Shown here: in pieces, positions 13,901 through 27,552 of the stretch | How the letters are laid out: each line of letters begins with the position of its first letter | Position numbering within the stretch: position 1 is the first letter of the stretch | From: Nageia nagi | Lineage: Eukaryota; Plantae; Pinophyta | NCBI GenBank assembly: GCA_050084985.1 | Contig: JBITNC010000001.1 | Coordinates: forward strand, 105,772,001-105,836,000 | DNA length: 64,000 nt | Reading direction: 5' to 3' | Translations under genes and position numbers: made by a program | Notes under the pieces: generated by a model | The model's input: the letters and a program-made list of their open reading frames with translations, nothing else | The model's database searches: none | What the model was told of the DNA's origin: nothing

Positions 13901-16900
13901 TCATTCTCCCCATAAACATAAGCATTCCTAGGTAAGTAGTTGGGAGTTCTGCTATGCTGCAACCCATGATCCTAGTAATCATATGTTGCCTCCTCTATGG
14001 AGTATGGATATAATAGATATTACTTTTGTCAAAGTTAACCTTTTGACTTGCTTTCTCCTCATATATTTATAAAATGGATTTCAAAACCTTTTTCTATTGA
14101 ACTAAGGAAATTGAAATAATAAGTGTATCATCTATGAATTATTGATGGGAAACTAGGTCCATCGAAAGGGCTAGATTGAAACCTTTGAGGTTACCCTCTA
14201 GAACTATAGTGGAGATATTATGACCAAGATCTCTTGCTAAGATGATGAACAAAAAGAGGGAGAGAGGATCTCCTTGGAACAAACCTATATAACAATGGAA
14301 GTAGCTAGTAGGGGAGCCATTAATCAAAACTGAGAATCTTGGTGAAGAAATATAATCGAAGATCATATTTATCCATCGATGATAAAAACCAAATTGAGTA
14401 AGGACTTTGAAAAGGAACCTCTAAGAAACCCTATCATACGCCTTATTCATATCCAATTTTAGAAGCATTCCAACTTCATTTCTATGATCCATTGAAGGAA
14501 TGACTTCATGAATAGTGATAATCCCATCTAAGATTTATTGACCCTTGTAAAAAGACCCCCTTGATTCATATCAATAATAAATGAAAAATCACCTTCAACT
14601 AGTTGGCTAATATTTTGTTAACAATTTTGAGTAAAGTGTTGCATAGACTACTTATTTTGTATTGAGAGAATTTCATCTCTCATTCTAGTTTTGGAATTAG
14701 AGTGAGGAAGGTAAAGTTGATATCTTTTGGGACCACCTAGGTTGATTGAGCTTTTATGATAGCCTCAACTATATCCTCTCTAATAATAGGCTAGAAATGT
14801 TGAAAGAAGGTAGGTGGTAAACCATTAGGTCTTAGGGAATTGTCCCTACTCAAATCAAAGGTTGCTTTTCTAATTTCATGTGGAGAGAAATGGGTAAGTA
14901 AATACTGATTCAAGTTATCTATGACCAAGGTTGGAATAACTTGCAACAAAGAGTCATTATTATCTTCCAAAATGTTCATCACTCGAAGGAGCAATTGGAA
15001 GTAAGAGACTTCCTCCTCTTTGATTTCTTCCAAATACCTTATCCTATCCCCATTGCTTTTCTTGATTTCAAAAATTTTATTACAAATCCTATGCCAAAGG
15101 GTGGAGATATGAAATTATTTAATGTTCTAGTCCCCTTCCATGAGCCATTTCATTCTATATTTCTATTTCCACAAGGTTTATTTATAGCCTAGAATTTTAT
15201 GAAATTGAGCTAGGAGGTTTCCTTATTTAAGTCTAAGCTCCTCTATAAATGGATGATTAATTATGATCTCCTCAATCTCTTGCATCTAGTTTTGGAGTGG
15301 CTCCTTGTATTAGAAGATATTGTTGAAAAAGGTTTTATTCCACTCTTTTATGTTTGAATTAACATTCCTAATATTGCAAGAAATCTAACTAGGTTTATGG
15401 CTAGCAAAGGGTCTTCTTCACCACTCTATAATCTTATCCCAGAGCTCTTCATGCTTGAGCCACATGAGTTCAAACTTGAAGGTTCTATTATACCATATAG
15501 GTTGAGCACTCGAGTACCAAAGGAGAGGATCATGATCAAAATTAATGCAAGGAAGACTTGTTAAGGAGGATTCTCCAAACATAGTTAAACTATCCTAGGA
15601 GATCAAAAACTTGTATAGTATTACTTGGATAAGCTAATCTATAAGTCTTTAGTTGGTCCAAGCATAAGAAAAGTGCCTCATATCCATATCCATAAGTTCA
15701 TTGAAGTTAACAAAATCCCTAAATTCATTCATCCCTTCATCCACCTCATGAGATCCTCCATTTGTATTAGAAGGGTTAAGGTGAGTATTAAAATCTTGGC
15801 ACCACCCACCTTATACCAATCACTATTGCTCTTAGTTTTTCTAATTGAATCCACAACCTTCTCTTACCCACTCCTATGTTTAGAGCATACACATTGGATA
15901 ATATAAAACTCTTTGAAGTCTAATTATTGAAACAATATATACTGATAAACCATATAGAATTTAAAATGACTTGGTAGTCCAAATATTGATTGTTCCATAT
16001 TATTAATAGCCCACCTATCATTCCAACCACATCATAGGCTAGCATTTGAGACTTTCCAAATTTTAGTTTTGAAGAAATATAACTTACTATCATCCATTTT
16101 GGTTTCTTGAAGGAGTATTATGTCCAACTTATGCTCCCATTTGAGGTTGAGCAATGTTCATAATTTTTGAGGGTTATGCTCTCTAATATTCCAAGAGAGG
16201 ACTTTCATTTAAAACCTCTACCCCACTTGAACCAAAATTAAGGACATCTTGAGTACCATTTGTAATTTCCCTTATAGCCTCCTATAATAAAATTGCATTG
16301 GATGGTTTACCTCTAGAACCAGAACCAGAAGGCCTACCTAAATTCAAACCATGCATTAATATTTAGATTCTCATAAATCTCTTTTAAGGGGGTTTTCTAA
16401 TTTTGAATATCAATGGCTACTTCCTCTTCTTGAGATAAACTTTCAAAATGGTTGGAAGTGGGGATGACCTCCCTTATTTCTTATTCTAGCTAAGTCTAAT
16501 ATACCATAATGGTTTATTGGATTTTATCCCCTGGTAATTGCTCAACTCCTACTTCTAAAACTGGACCTCTATTGGAACCTATCTCTTGAAAACAATACCA
16601 TTGGGGCCCTTTTCCAAGGTCCCTAATCAAAATTTTATTTGGGTGTATGTGAGGCTAACTTCAATTTGAAACATTCTCCCATTAGGGATTAGATTTTTGG
16701 ATTGCTTGCTTTATTATTAATAATATTTCCTTTAGTTTGAGATTTTACATCCACTTCCTTTTTGTCATTATTCCTTTTGTCTTGAGGCGGTTTCTCTTGG
16801 GTGGATTAAAAAAATCTTTTAGAAATACATTGAGTACTTTGATGTACAAATTGGTTACACACACTACACTTGATGGTAGTATTTTCATATTCAAAACTCT

Positions 16901-17750
16901 AGGTGTAAATTCCCAACTTAGTAGAAATGGTTATAGTTTTTGGTAGCTCTTTACTCAAATCCACCATCACACATAGTTCGTAAAAAAGTAGTTTTTATTT
17001 ACTAAGAGTTGTTGAATCAATAGATGCAAGGTCCCCTATTTCACTAGCAACGCCAACTAATTTTCTTTCATCCCAAAAAGTCATGGAAATAACTAGGAGT
17101 CTAACCCAATTAGGGACTAGGTCTATTTCTTATAGAAGAGGGTTGATATCTAGAGTCTATTTTTTCAAAAATAGCCCTCACCTTTTGTAGAACCAAGTAC
17201 CTCCTTATAGAACTCTATCTATATCCTCTAGATAATGAAACTTAAACAAAAAGAAACTCTTTAGGAGGGATTTGATCTCCATTCAAGCTCTAGAATACCA
17301 TTTCTCTAATTCCCATCTCCTTATTTCCTCTAGGTCTGGCCACACTCCAATAAAGTTACCCACCTATGCAGATTTGGTCTCCTCGATCACGAGGTCAGTG
17401 AGAGAGTTTTGGATTTCTAGAATCTTGTTAGAAGGAACAATATTAAAGTAAACATCATCAAGTTTTTTCTTACCCCCAAGAATATTCATATAGGAATACT
17501 TCCATGGATTAGGTGTTCACAGTGAGTGTTCCTACTTGATAAAATTTTCTAGATGGTCACCATTAGCATCTCCAAGATATCCACTAGGATCAAGAGGTGG
17601 AATATCTGCTTCATCCATTGCTTCTTCCAAAGGCTCATCTAAATTTTGAGACTTGAAACCAAGACCTAGAGACCCCACTATATCAAAATCTATGCTACTA
17701 CCACCAAACCCCTACCTAATCGAGCTAGCTACTGAAGCTCTGCTCTAATT
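10995..17750 (-). mobile_element. Near full-length degenerate L1-type LINE (ORF1 DUF4283 + zinc knuckle; ORF2 APE-RT-zf-RVT-RNase H-like)
   Basis: Minus strand: ORF1 'VGNFIG..PDLEEIRRW...FFLFKFH...VPNWVRL' (~17050-17365); ORF2 start 'MKVLSWNIRE' at ~16208; RT 'FSVLINGSPTSYF...GLFQGDPLSLFLF' (ORF 14139..14366) and 'RPNGLPPTFFQHF' (ORF 14791..15033); 'LWGIWNERNARIF' (ORF 12556..12792); RNase H-like 'CWHPSQLGWIKVNFDGASKG' (~12443-12502). Confidence 0.92.
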
Positions 17751-17869
17751 CTTATCTCCCTTCTTTCCCTTCCTATATCTTAAAATCACCTTAAATAGGG
17801 AATATGTAAGATGTATATAGCTTAGTTTACTTATCTTTCTTTCTTTAAATGGTAAATGTATTAAGTCCT

Positions 17870-20800
17870 TTTTTTAAAAAAGACTTTTGAAAGGGTATCC
17901 AAACCTTTAATACTTCTATAAGTGATAAAGTTGATATTCTTTATAGATAAAAATATAATAGAATACCTCAATAAAATGAAATGAAGCATTAATCCTATAT
18001 TCAAAGTAAAGCATTATATATATTTACTATTATATAAAAAATGAATCTAACTATTATTTTGACCTTAATTCACCTTCTTCATCCATAACAATTTTGGAGT
18101 AAAAATCCTTTTAATATCAAATTCGACCATATGCATCCCTATTTCAAAACTTATCTTCATAACATCCTCACCATCTTCAAATTTGAATGATAAATTTTAG
18201 TAGTTATTCCTGAAATACTTAAGATATATTTTCTTCTTCACTATCTATACCTTTTTGGGATTCGACATGGTGATACTTCAAATAGATCATTTGGTTGGCC
18301 TTGGATAAGCTTATCTTTGACTAACATTCTATTGTGTATTTTGGAGTGTTGGGGTTTACAAATTACTTACTTCTTTGGTCTAAGCTTAGTTTCTTTTTTT
18401 CTCATAGCTACTTTATTTTTCTTATTCTACTTTTTCATGTTATTTTTCTACTTTTTTTAGTTGTGCTTCCTTTTTGTTTCTTTCTCTAATGACTCTTGAT
18501 CCAAGTCAATTATTTGAATACCATTGTTTTTAGCTCTTTTTCCTATGTTGTCCCTTTTATTATCTGGTTCGATTGAAGATTCCTTGCTTTTCTAAATTGG
18601 TATTAATCATGGTAGATTCCCTTGTTGCATTTATCTTTGTATCCTAATTATATTTTCCTTTCTCAATCCTCCCTTTCCTCTTTCCATTCCATTTAGATAA
18701 ATTTGGACTCTTCCCCTTATCCAAATCTATAGTATTATGCTAATTTCTACCTCTTGTTGATGTTTGTACTTCATTTTCCTCCAAATTTATTTCCTTTTTG
18801 AGCATCTTCTTTAGTTTAATGTCTTTCTCATCCTCTCTAATTACAATATAATTATTAGGGTTAACTCTAGGTTATTTTTCTAGAGTTACATCATAGACTA
18901 GTTTGATCACATATTGATGTAATGAAAATTCAATTCTATCTTGTTTAAATTTATTAACATAAGTTCTCATGGAAAGTTGAATAAATAATGGAAAATTAAT
19001 TATCTCATACTTATATTTAAAGTGGTTTAGTAATGTAAAATAGAAAGCTAACACCTCCTTTTGTCTCCCATCGAGTAAGATATATATTATAATTTATTTC
19101 ACTACTCTATCCCAAGGGCCAAGGAGACTAGTTCTATGGTACCTTATTATGTATTTCAAGCTTTGAATGCCCTCCCATTTAAAGTTTTAAACTTCATCAA
19201 TCTTGCTTAGTTTGGTGTTTCTTTTGGTTTCCTAACCTTTTTTCTTTAGGAATGTTTCCTCTAATTTTTTTCTCATTATAAAATTAACTTCTATAGTGTG
19301 AATTATACATTTTCTTCCATCCCACATTCTTCTAACTTCTAGAGATAATTCTTTGTTGAACCCTTTACATGCTTTGATGAACTATTGTAGACCTCCTTCA
19401 TAAAGTAAGTGCTAATTTTATAGGTATTTCTTCTCCTTTTTGGTATTTATAGGTTTTGTAATCACAAGTTCTTCCCTCCCCCCATCTTCATTCCATTCCT
19501 CTACAACTCTACCATATCAGTTATGTCTCATGCATGTTGTATCATGTTTGTGCAAACAAAGTTGTATGTATCGCATTATCTATAAGGATGGATTGATTTC
19601 CATCTTGTGTAAGCATTTAATTCCTACATGTAGAGGTACTTCATTATTTATATTATCCTCCTAATCATAATTATTTCTATTATAAATATAATATTCCTCA
19701 TACTTTCCAAATCTAGGAAACTTATATTCATTTTTTGATTTGACCTTCCCTCATCATGAGTTAAATTCCATATAGCTCTTAATTTAGATGCATTTTTTCT
19801 TATGTTTTTCTTTCCATTTGATTTAGATTCTATTAAAACATTTATATGTGTTAGATTAGAATTTTATAAATTCCATGTCTTGTTGTATACCATCAATATT
19901 AGCTTCTAAATTCTTTATTGTTCTTCACTTGGGTATCATATAAACTTGGAGGGTTTCATTCTTATTATTGTCAAAGAATTTGTTATTCCCTTCCTTACAT
20001 ATCTACCAATACATGTTAGGTAAAATGAATTTCTATAATGCCTTTATCTTTTTATTCTTTTTTCTTCCTTCCCATAATATTATGCTTTTAGATACTGAAG
20101 TAGGTGTACCCCAACAAAAGTAAAAGTCTTTCTTCATGAGATTCCAAACTTCCTATGTAAATTTACATTTTATAAAAAAATGTTCCTTTATTTCTTTATC
20201 TTCCATGTAGAGTTTGTATCTATTTGGTATTTGAAATCATTTTTTCTTAAGGTTACCTAAGGTTGGAAATTTATTATCACATGAAGAATGTAGTTTTAGA
20301 AATTACACCTTTTATTTATATTTTATTCCATAATTCTTAGCTTTCTATATGTTGATAAGTTTGAAGTAACTTTATTAATCCCTCAATATAAAATCTCCAT
20401 CTTTCATTCCCATCCATTTAGATTGACATTTTTGTTTTAATGATGTTATCCTTTTCTCCTATAGTTCCATCTTAGTTTTCCTCAATTGAATTTTAATCTA
20501 GTTATTTGGTGTTTGATTAGTTACCCACTTAGCTTTGTTCTCCTCAAAGTAATTTGTTACTTTTTGCTCCTTTATTTTTCATGGAACACTTTGTTTCCTT
20601 TTTGAGATTCCTATATTTTATTAGAGGTTTGCTTCTTAGCCAAGCATCTTCCCAAAACAAATGTTTTTCCCATATACTTACCTCCTAGGTAACATGCTTT
20701 ATAACCAAGTGTTTAGATTTCAATATATCATTCCAAAAAGGAGAACCATAGTGAGGGTTTTATATCCTAAGAATTGAAATATTACCTTGTAAATATTTAG

Positions 20801-22900
20801 CCTAACATGTTCTTACCCATTATCTATCTTCTTTTATAGCTAATTTCTAGATAAGCTTTCCCCTCAAGGATTGACCCATTTGGGCTATTTTCTTGAGATT
20901 CAAACCACCTAGTCTTTTTTCCATGCATATCATTTTTATAATAATAAATTAAATTTTATTTTATCTTCTTCACCTATCTATATAAATATACTACATATCC
21001 AATTTATCTTTTTACTTACAGATTATGGGATTTTGAATACCAATGAACTATATATGGGTGTGCTATGAACTAAGTATCTAATTAAAGTGAGTTTACCAAA
21101 ATAGTTTAAAAATTCATGCTTTTAAGCTACTAAATTTTCATTTTATTGTCTCAAGTAATCTCAATATTTTGTTCTTAGTATTCCTTTGAATAGGAGCATG
21201 CGTAAATATTTGGTTGATAAAGTATCTATTTTGCATACCATGATTGGCATCTATTTTGATAAAGTATCTAAAGATTATTATTTTGATGTGTAGCCTTCTT
21301 ATATAGTGTAAGTATATTTTTGAATTGGTTTTCTTTATTTATATTAACTTGTCCTATTAGAATTATAACATCTACAAATTGATGATGGGTAGTTTCTTCA
21401 CAAATTTTTCCTTCAAATTACTCCTTTCAATTTTTTACTATCTTTGGCTCTTTTGATGTCTCTCACTAATGCTTCTATCATAATAATGAAGAGGCGAGGA
21501 GAAATTGGATCTATTTTTATTAAGCCCCAAATTTCTCCAAAAATGCTAGTCACCTCTCCATTAACCAACATAGAGAATTTTGGTGTTGATATACATTCAA
21601 AGATCCATGATCTCCATTTTGTAGAAAATCCAATCTTAGGAATTATTGATCTAAAAAATAACACCTTACCCTATTATATGCTTTTTCCTTGTCCAACTTC
21701 AATAATATTACTTCTTCCTTCTTATAATGGATGGAATGTACTACTTCATATAGTATTATTATTCCATTAGTTGTTTTTCTTCCTTGTACAAATCAATCTT
21801 ATTATGGGGATATTATATGCAAAAGTAGATGCTTCAATCTATCTACCAAAATGTTTGTGAGTATTTTAAGACCACATTACAAAGACTTATTGGTCCAGTA
21901 TATTTAAAATCTTTTTTCTCTTGTATTTTAGCTATCAAATCCAAGAAGGTTATGCTCCATTGTTTAAGAAGCTTACCTTTTTTGAAGAATTCTTTGATTT
22001 CATTTATTACATCTTTGTCTATAATTTCCTAGTTTTGTTGGAAGAATCCTATTGGATTTCCATCTAAGCCTAGTGATTTATTCTTATTCATTATGAAAAG
22101 GGTATTTTTTATCTCTTAGTTAGTAACATGCCTTTTTAATTCTATAATTCTCTTTTGATCTACTATGCTAGGTATAAATTCTAAAAGATCCATCATTTCT
22201 CTTCTATTTAGTCTCTAATTTGATTTCAATAGTTTTGGGTAGAAATATACTCCTTCCTTCTTTACTCATACTCATCATTAGTAATACTTTCATCTAATTT
22301 CTTCACCTTTGTTATTTATTAAAGCCTATCCTTCTCATTGTATATATTTTGAAAATCTAGTGTTTATATGTCTCCTTTCAACCAATTTATTTTGTAATGC
22401 ATCTCCTCTTGTGATAGTGTATTGTAGTATTCTAGTAATATTTATTTTTCTTTTTGAGTCTATTTCCTTGTCCCTTCCTTTTTAGTTCCTATTTTTAAGT
22501 TAAATTCTTCTTAGCTTATACATTACCAAATACCTACTTATTCCATTGCTTCAATTTCCTTTTGACCTCATCCAATTTCTTTGATAATCTATACGTGGTT
22601 GTTCCTTTAAACTTTTTTTAATACAATGTACAAAACTATTTGAAATTAAGGTGGAACACCCATGTGTACTCAAATTTAAAAGGTGATTTTATTTATTTAT
22701 TTTTTCTTCTTTTGGATAGGTTTTAAATTAAGTAGGATTGGTTTGTGATTTGAAGCAATTCTACGTAGAGATATTTAGTCACTATTTTTATATTCTTCCA
22801 ACCAATCTAGGTTTACAAGAAATCTTGATCCACCTTGAACCGTAACAAACTTTCTTTATTTGGAGCTTGATCCACCAAATTCTTTTATTTAGTGAATGTC
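17870..22900 (-). mobile_element. Second degenerate L1-type LINE (5'-truncated within the endonuclease; RT, zf-RVT, extra 3' ORF)
   Basis: Minus strand: 'FLVNLDWLEE...SNHKPILL' (~22730-22825); 'KSLGLDGNPIGFFQQN' (~22030-22080); 'WRSWIFECISTPKFSMLVNG...DPISPRLFII' (ORF 21413..21664); zf-RVT-like 'NKFPTLGNLKKK.FQIPNR' (~20220-20275). Confidence 0.85.
18000..19485 (-). pseudogene. Decayed extra ORF 3' of LINE ORF2 (putative plant-transposon accessory protein)
   Basis: ATG GGG GGA at 19485, then with frameshifts 'LLYEGGLQ*FIKACKGFNKELSLEVRRMWDG' and 'YILLDGRQKEVLAFYFTLLNHFKYKYEIINFPLFI...LHQYVIKLVYD' (ORF 18872..19054), followed by a K/E-rich tail. Resembles a gymnosperm TE-associated family recalled from memory; needs a database check. 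Confidence 0.55.
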
Positions 22901-23464
22901 TTATCCATTTTGGATTTTCCAAACATTCATGGTGATCCGAACCTCCCAATATTTACACAAGAAATTGTTGTAAAAGATGACCATTTTTAGCACTTCAAAG
23001 ATGGATAATGTTCATGTGATGATTATTGGTGATTGACTAAAGGATGTTTTCTATAAAAATAGAATAAATATTGTTCTAAGAAATGATTTATTATATCAAA
23101 ATATTTCACTACATGATCATGTAGTTGTATTAGAGATAGGAAAGGATAAAAGTATAATGTCTTTGCACACTTGTCCCAACCTATTGTTAGATTCTATAAA
23201 CAATGTTATGCTTAATGAATGATGGTAATTTTTTTTTCAAATTTTGTCGAACATGATTCAAAGTCATGGTGAAAAGTCTTCGAAAGTTACGTAGAGTAAG
23301 AGGTGAAATTATTATTATTTTTAAAAAGTTGTAAATTATTGGTGATATATATTGATTTTTAGTTTTATGATGGGTGTATAAATATACCATAAGACTATTA
23401 TCTTAAAACCTGCATATGAATCTATAATGGAATTAAAATACATGTAAACAATCCATTCTTAAAA

Positions 23465-23830
23465 TATGTAGATGATCGCCTTTTAAACATTTGAATAAAA
23501 GATAGATAGTCATCACCCCTTTTGTGGAGATGATCATTTATACTTTTCTATAGATGATCATCTATACTATTTTCAAATGATCATCTGTACCTTTTTGTAG
23601 ATGATAATCTGTAGAAAAATGTAGACGATCATATGTAGAAAAGTGCAAATGATTATTTGCATAAAAGTGTAGATGATCATATGTAGAAAAGTGCAAATGA
23701 TTATCTGCATAAAAGTGTAGATGATCAACTGATAAAAGTGCATACGATCATTTGAATAAAGAATAGATGATCATCACCACTAATATAGAGATGATCGTTT
23801 GCACTTTTCTACATACAATCATCATCATAT
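23465..23830. repeat. Degenerate ~24/48-bp minisatellite built on the palindrome tagatgatcatcta
   Basis: Repeated gtagatgatcatatgtagaaaagtgcaaatgattatctgcataaaagt units (e.g. ~23621 and ~23669). Confidence 0.8.
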
Positions 23831-24049
23831 TAGCGCTATCGATCATCAATGTTTTACATATGATGACACTTTGAAATTAGATAAGGTATTTAATGTAGTT
23901 GTACATAATAAATTCCTACATGTGTTTACTATTATCAAAGGCCTTCGACAAGTCATTTGCCCTTCATTTCAATGCATTCAAGTCTCCAATGCTCCGAGTC
24001 TATAGTTCTCTTCATACCTCCTAGTCCCTCCTATCCCCATGAAATTTTC

Positions 24050-24950
24050 CCAATCCCTTCATGCCTCCTGCTTTACAAATCCTTCCTCTCCTCACTTCTC
24101 AGGACCACCATTTTGACCTCTAATGCTACTACCCAACAAGCATCTTATAGCTACAAAAATCTTATCTTCTTGCTAATTTTTGAGATTCTTACCACTCCTA
24201 TATATGACTTTAGTTGGCTATAAGAATTTGTTCTTTTACAATTGGTTTCAATTGGCATGTTTTTGAATGATATTCTTCTTTTTGATTTAATTGCAAACTC
24301 TTTTGACAATAAAAACTCAATCGTAATAATGATGGTCCATGGTAAACATGTTTCTTTCTCTGTTAAACCCTCTATTGTACATAGGTTGATAAGTCTACCA
24401 TGCAAGGATGTTGAGGAGCATATGAATACAAAGGCAACTCTTCTAACAAATAAAGAAAAAAATACTTCTAGAAACAACGTATGGTATCTCTACAGAATGT
24501 TTATTAGCTAAAAGGGTTTTTCATTTTTTAAGTCACCTTATGCATTTTTTATATTTCAATATATATTTTTATGTGTTATTTGTAATTTGCTTTAGTGTTA
24601 CAATAGGGTTAATGATGTAGTTTCATATTTTTTGTAGTTAGCTACAATCCCTCAAGAAGGGGTCTTAACATGGCAGATGTTTAGAACCCTTTTTGGAGGT
24701 CGTAATAGAGTTCTTTCAGGCCAGAATTGTTCTTCAAAGGAGACATTTAGATATTTTATTTGGGGCCTTTTCTACATTCTACAATGTATTGAGCACAAAA
24801 AATTTGATTGGAGCTCCTTCATCTTAAATAGGATTAGATTCGATATTTATCAAATTCTCAAAATATTTTCCTATCCAGCTATAATTATTTGCTTCCATTA
24901 TACTATGAGGCTTTATACAACCTGTAGAACATTTCATCTTAAACTATAGC
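24050..24950 (+). pseudogene. Possible decayed retroelement accessory ORF
   Basis: ORFs 24242..24511 and 24677..24949 read like pieces of one protein ('LFDLIANSFDNKNSIV...VHRLISLP', 'KFDWSSFILNRI...FSYPAII'); family uncertain. Confidence 0.3.
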
Positions 24951-25594
24951 TCATAGTGAGTTAAAATCATCGGCACTAATTGCAGAGGAAGTGTGGGTAA
25001 ACGAATTTATTTTTCTTTTTTGCTTTAATGAATTTATTTTATTAGTAAGTTAAGGAAAAAAGCTAAAAGGATTATTGATTTATTGAATTTTTTGTTTATG
25101 TTTAATGCAAAAAAAGTAGCAAAATCAACTTTTCAAATAAATGCTGCAATTAGAGGCACACAGCTCGAAGATTGAGATTCCGAAGGTAAAATTGGTACAC
25201 CTTTGATCAGGAAATCTATGAAAAAGTGAAAAGTTAATTGTAATTCATGAGTCAAAATTGATAATAATTTTTTTTTAATTTAAGATTTTTATAAATGTTA
25301 TTAAAAAATTGAAGTATATGATTGAATATATATAAGTTTAAAAAGGTAAAAGTATATTAACATCTACGAATATCAACAAGTCTAGAGAACGACTAAAGTA
25401 CATCTTGTAGTAAGAATCAAATATAAGACACAAAATGCAACAAAGTCATCTTATGACGAACTCAACCAAAAAACTAATCCATATTTATATATTTATAAAG
25501 GAAGCAAGTCTTCTCAAAGATATCATAACATTTTCATACAATTATTTATTGCTTTAGTCTTCGAGAACTACGAACGTATATACATGTTTAATAT

Positions 25595-25870
25595 TTAACA
25601 TTGACGCGTTGTGGCATTTGCGCTCGAAAACCAATACTTTGCAGGTTCTTCGCCAGTGTAGCTCGACTCAACTGCGGTTTCCACACTCTTGACGCTCTTT
25701 CCTGGTCATTTCTCAGAAGCTTCTGAAACTTGTTTCCTATCTCACAAATTTCGGCAATAAGTACTTCCCACAAATCCAAATCGGATAGAGGAAAAGCCTA
25801 AACAAGACAGCAATCCGTCGGGCATTGCTTCAATAACTTCTTCCTCCTTAGGCTTTTCCGCATCCAAAAA
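25595..25870 (+). promoter_or_regulatory. CpG-retaining proximal promoter/5' UTR of the HMA gene
   Basis: Local CpG enrichment against depleted flanks; ttgacgcgtt (TGACG plus CGCG-box-like, 25601-25610) and a second ttgacg (~25689). Confidence 0.45.
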
Positions 25871-25871
25871 A

Positions 25872-26241
25872 ATGAAGGTATGTAGAAGTTGCTACACTGT
25901 TACGAGTAGGAATATGTAAACTAACTGCTTGATATTTGCAGAAGATAATAGTGTTGAAGCTGTCGATAGAGGATGAGAAAGCCAAGAGAAGAGCCCTCAA
26001 GCTAGTGGCTGACGTCGAAGGTATTGCAGTTTGTTTTTCTTTCTTTCTTTCTTTCTTTGTGTGTAATCTGCGCTTCAAGGCAAGTGAGAAAGAGAGGAGT
26101 GATGCAGGGGTAGATTCGGTGGCGGTGGACATGAAGGAGGGGAAGATAACCGTTGTTGGGAATGCAGATGCAGTCTATCTCACAAGGAAGCTCAGAAAGC
26201 TTGCTCCAACCGACCTGTTCACCGTCGGCCCTGCCAAGTAA
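25872..26241 (+). CDS. Heavy-metal-associated (HMA) domain protein, HIPP39/Pik-HMA-like, 72 aa; probably truncated by a premature stop
   Basis: Exons 25872-25877 (ATGAAG), 25942-26020 and 26108-26241 with GT..AG introns of 64 and 87 nt. Protein MKKIIVLKLSIEDEKAKRRALKLVADVEGVDSVAVDMKEGKITVVGNADAVYLTRKLRKLAPTDLFTVGPAK. The 6-nt first exon and GVDS/VGPAK pattern are typical of this HIPP/HPP clade. Confidence 0.88.
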
Positions 26242-27469
26242 GACAAGTAAAAGGAAGACAATCCAGAGACTCTGCTACAGCCCCTACCCATACAAAAATA
26301 TTACAAAATACCATCCAACTGGCTGAACCATGTGCTGAATAGATCAAAATAGTAGCTTCTTAATTTGTAATTCATAGTTATAAAATAGTTAAGTAATGAC
26401 TCCTCGGTAAAACAAGTCAAATTAAATTATTTGGGTAAATTTTTGCTTTGTCAAACTCTCTTTTTTGTTTTTTTTATATTCAACATTAAAATAATAACTA
26501 AGCATCCGCTCATGGGGACTTGAAGTAGCAGGAACTAAAAACTATGCATCTAAAGAATGTAAATAAATTCTTCTAACTAGCTGTTATTGGTATGGACAAG
26601 GTTTTGGTGATTTGGATGGAAAGCATGTGGTAAATATTTTTGGATTGACGTTTTACCTATAGGAATATTTATCATGGTGATCAACAAAATAATATAATAA
26701 TAATTAAGCATTTTAATTAGATATTTATGTTGTTCAAAAATGATAATGTTTATTTCAAAAAGTATTTGAGGGTACTATGGTTAATCATGATTCTGAATTA
26801 AATTCTTCTTAGATATAATTTTTGTTTATCAATATCATGAAGAATAGTTAATATTTAATGATTTTGAATTAAAAAAGAAGAAGATTTAAATAGGTTTTTT
26901 TCTCAATTAATGATTTTGTTACATCAATATAGATCCAGTACCTATGCTTATTCATCACACTCAATTACAAATAGATTTTAAAAATTAAAGATATTTAAAA
27001 TCAAATTAGAGTACATTGCATTTCTTAATTGATTTAATTATTTTATCTAAATGAAAGCATCCTTCTTTTTATATGTTATTTATGTAGTTATTATTTTTCA
27101 TAGCTCTTTCAAAATAAATGTAATAAGTTGTATATCCCAATAATCATCTTGATCTTGTTTGGATCAATTTTGTCTACTTCAATTGAAACTATTTTCCTTA
27201 AATATACTACTTATAATATTAAAAATGAGAATCTAGACTTCTTCATGAAGAGTCGTTTCTTATATAAAATATTAAATTCTTATTCTACCTACTAATAATC
27301 ATCTTTCCATTTATTGTTACAAATCAATTGATATATCATCATAGGAAGTCAACAAAAAAATCCTCAAACTGGGAATAAAAATAAACTTCATAAGACTTTG
27401 GAATGTAAATCATACATTAATTAATATAAAGCATATAAATGGGACAATTGTATGGGGAGTACAATGTAT

Positions 27470-27552
27470 GTCATGGCTGGTGGGAATTGAACATAGGACT
27501 CAAGATGCAGTAAGGTCCGCATGTAGCCAACTCAACCCAGAGATATACCAGC
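27470..27552 (-). mobile_element. Possible degenerate tRNA-derived SINE head
   Basis: Minus strand tgggttgagttgg (A-box-like) ... gttcaattcc (B-box-like) at tRNA-like spacing; no good cloverleaf. Confidence 0.35.

Noticed and set aside
25848-26132. Antisense ORF over the HMA gene
   Set aside because: Shadow of the spliced + strand gene.
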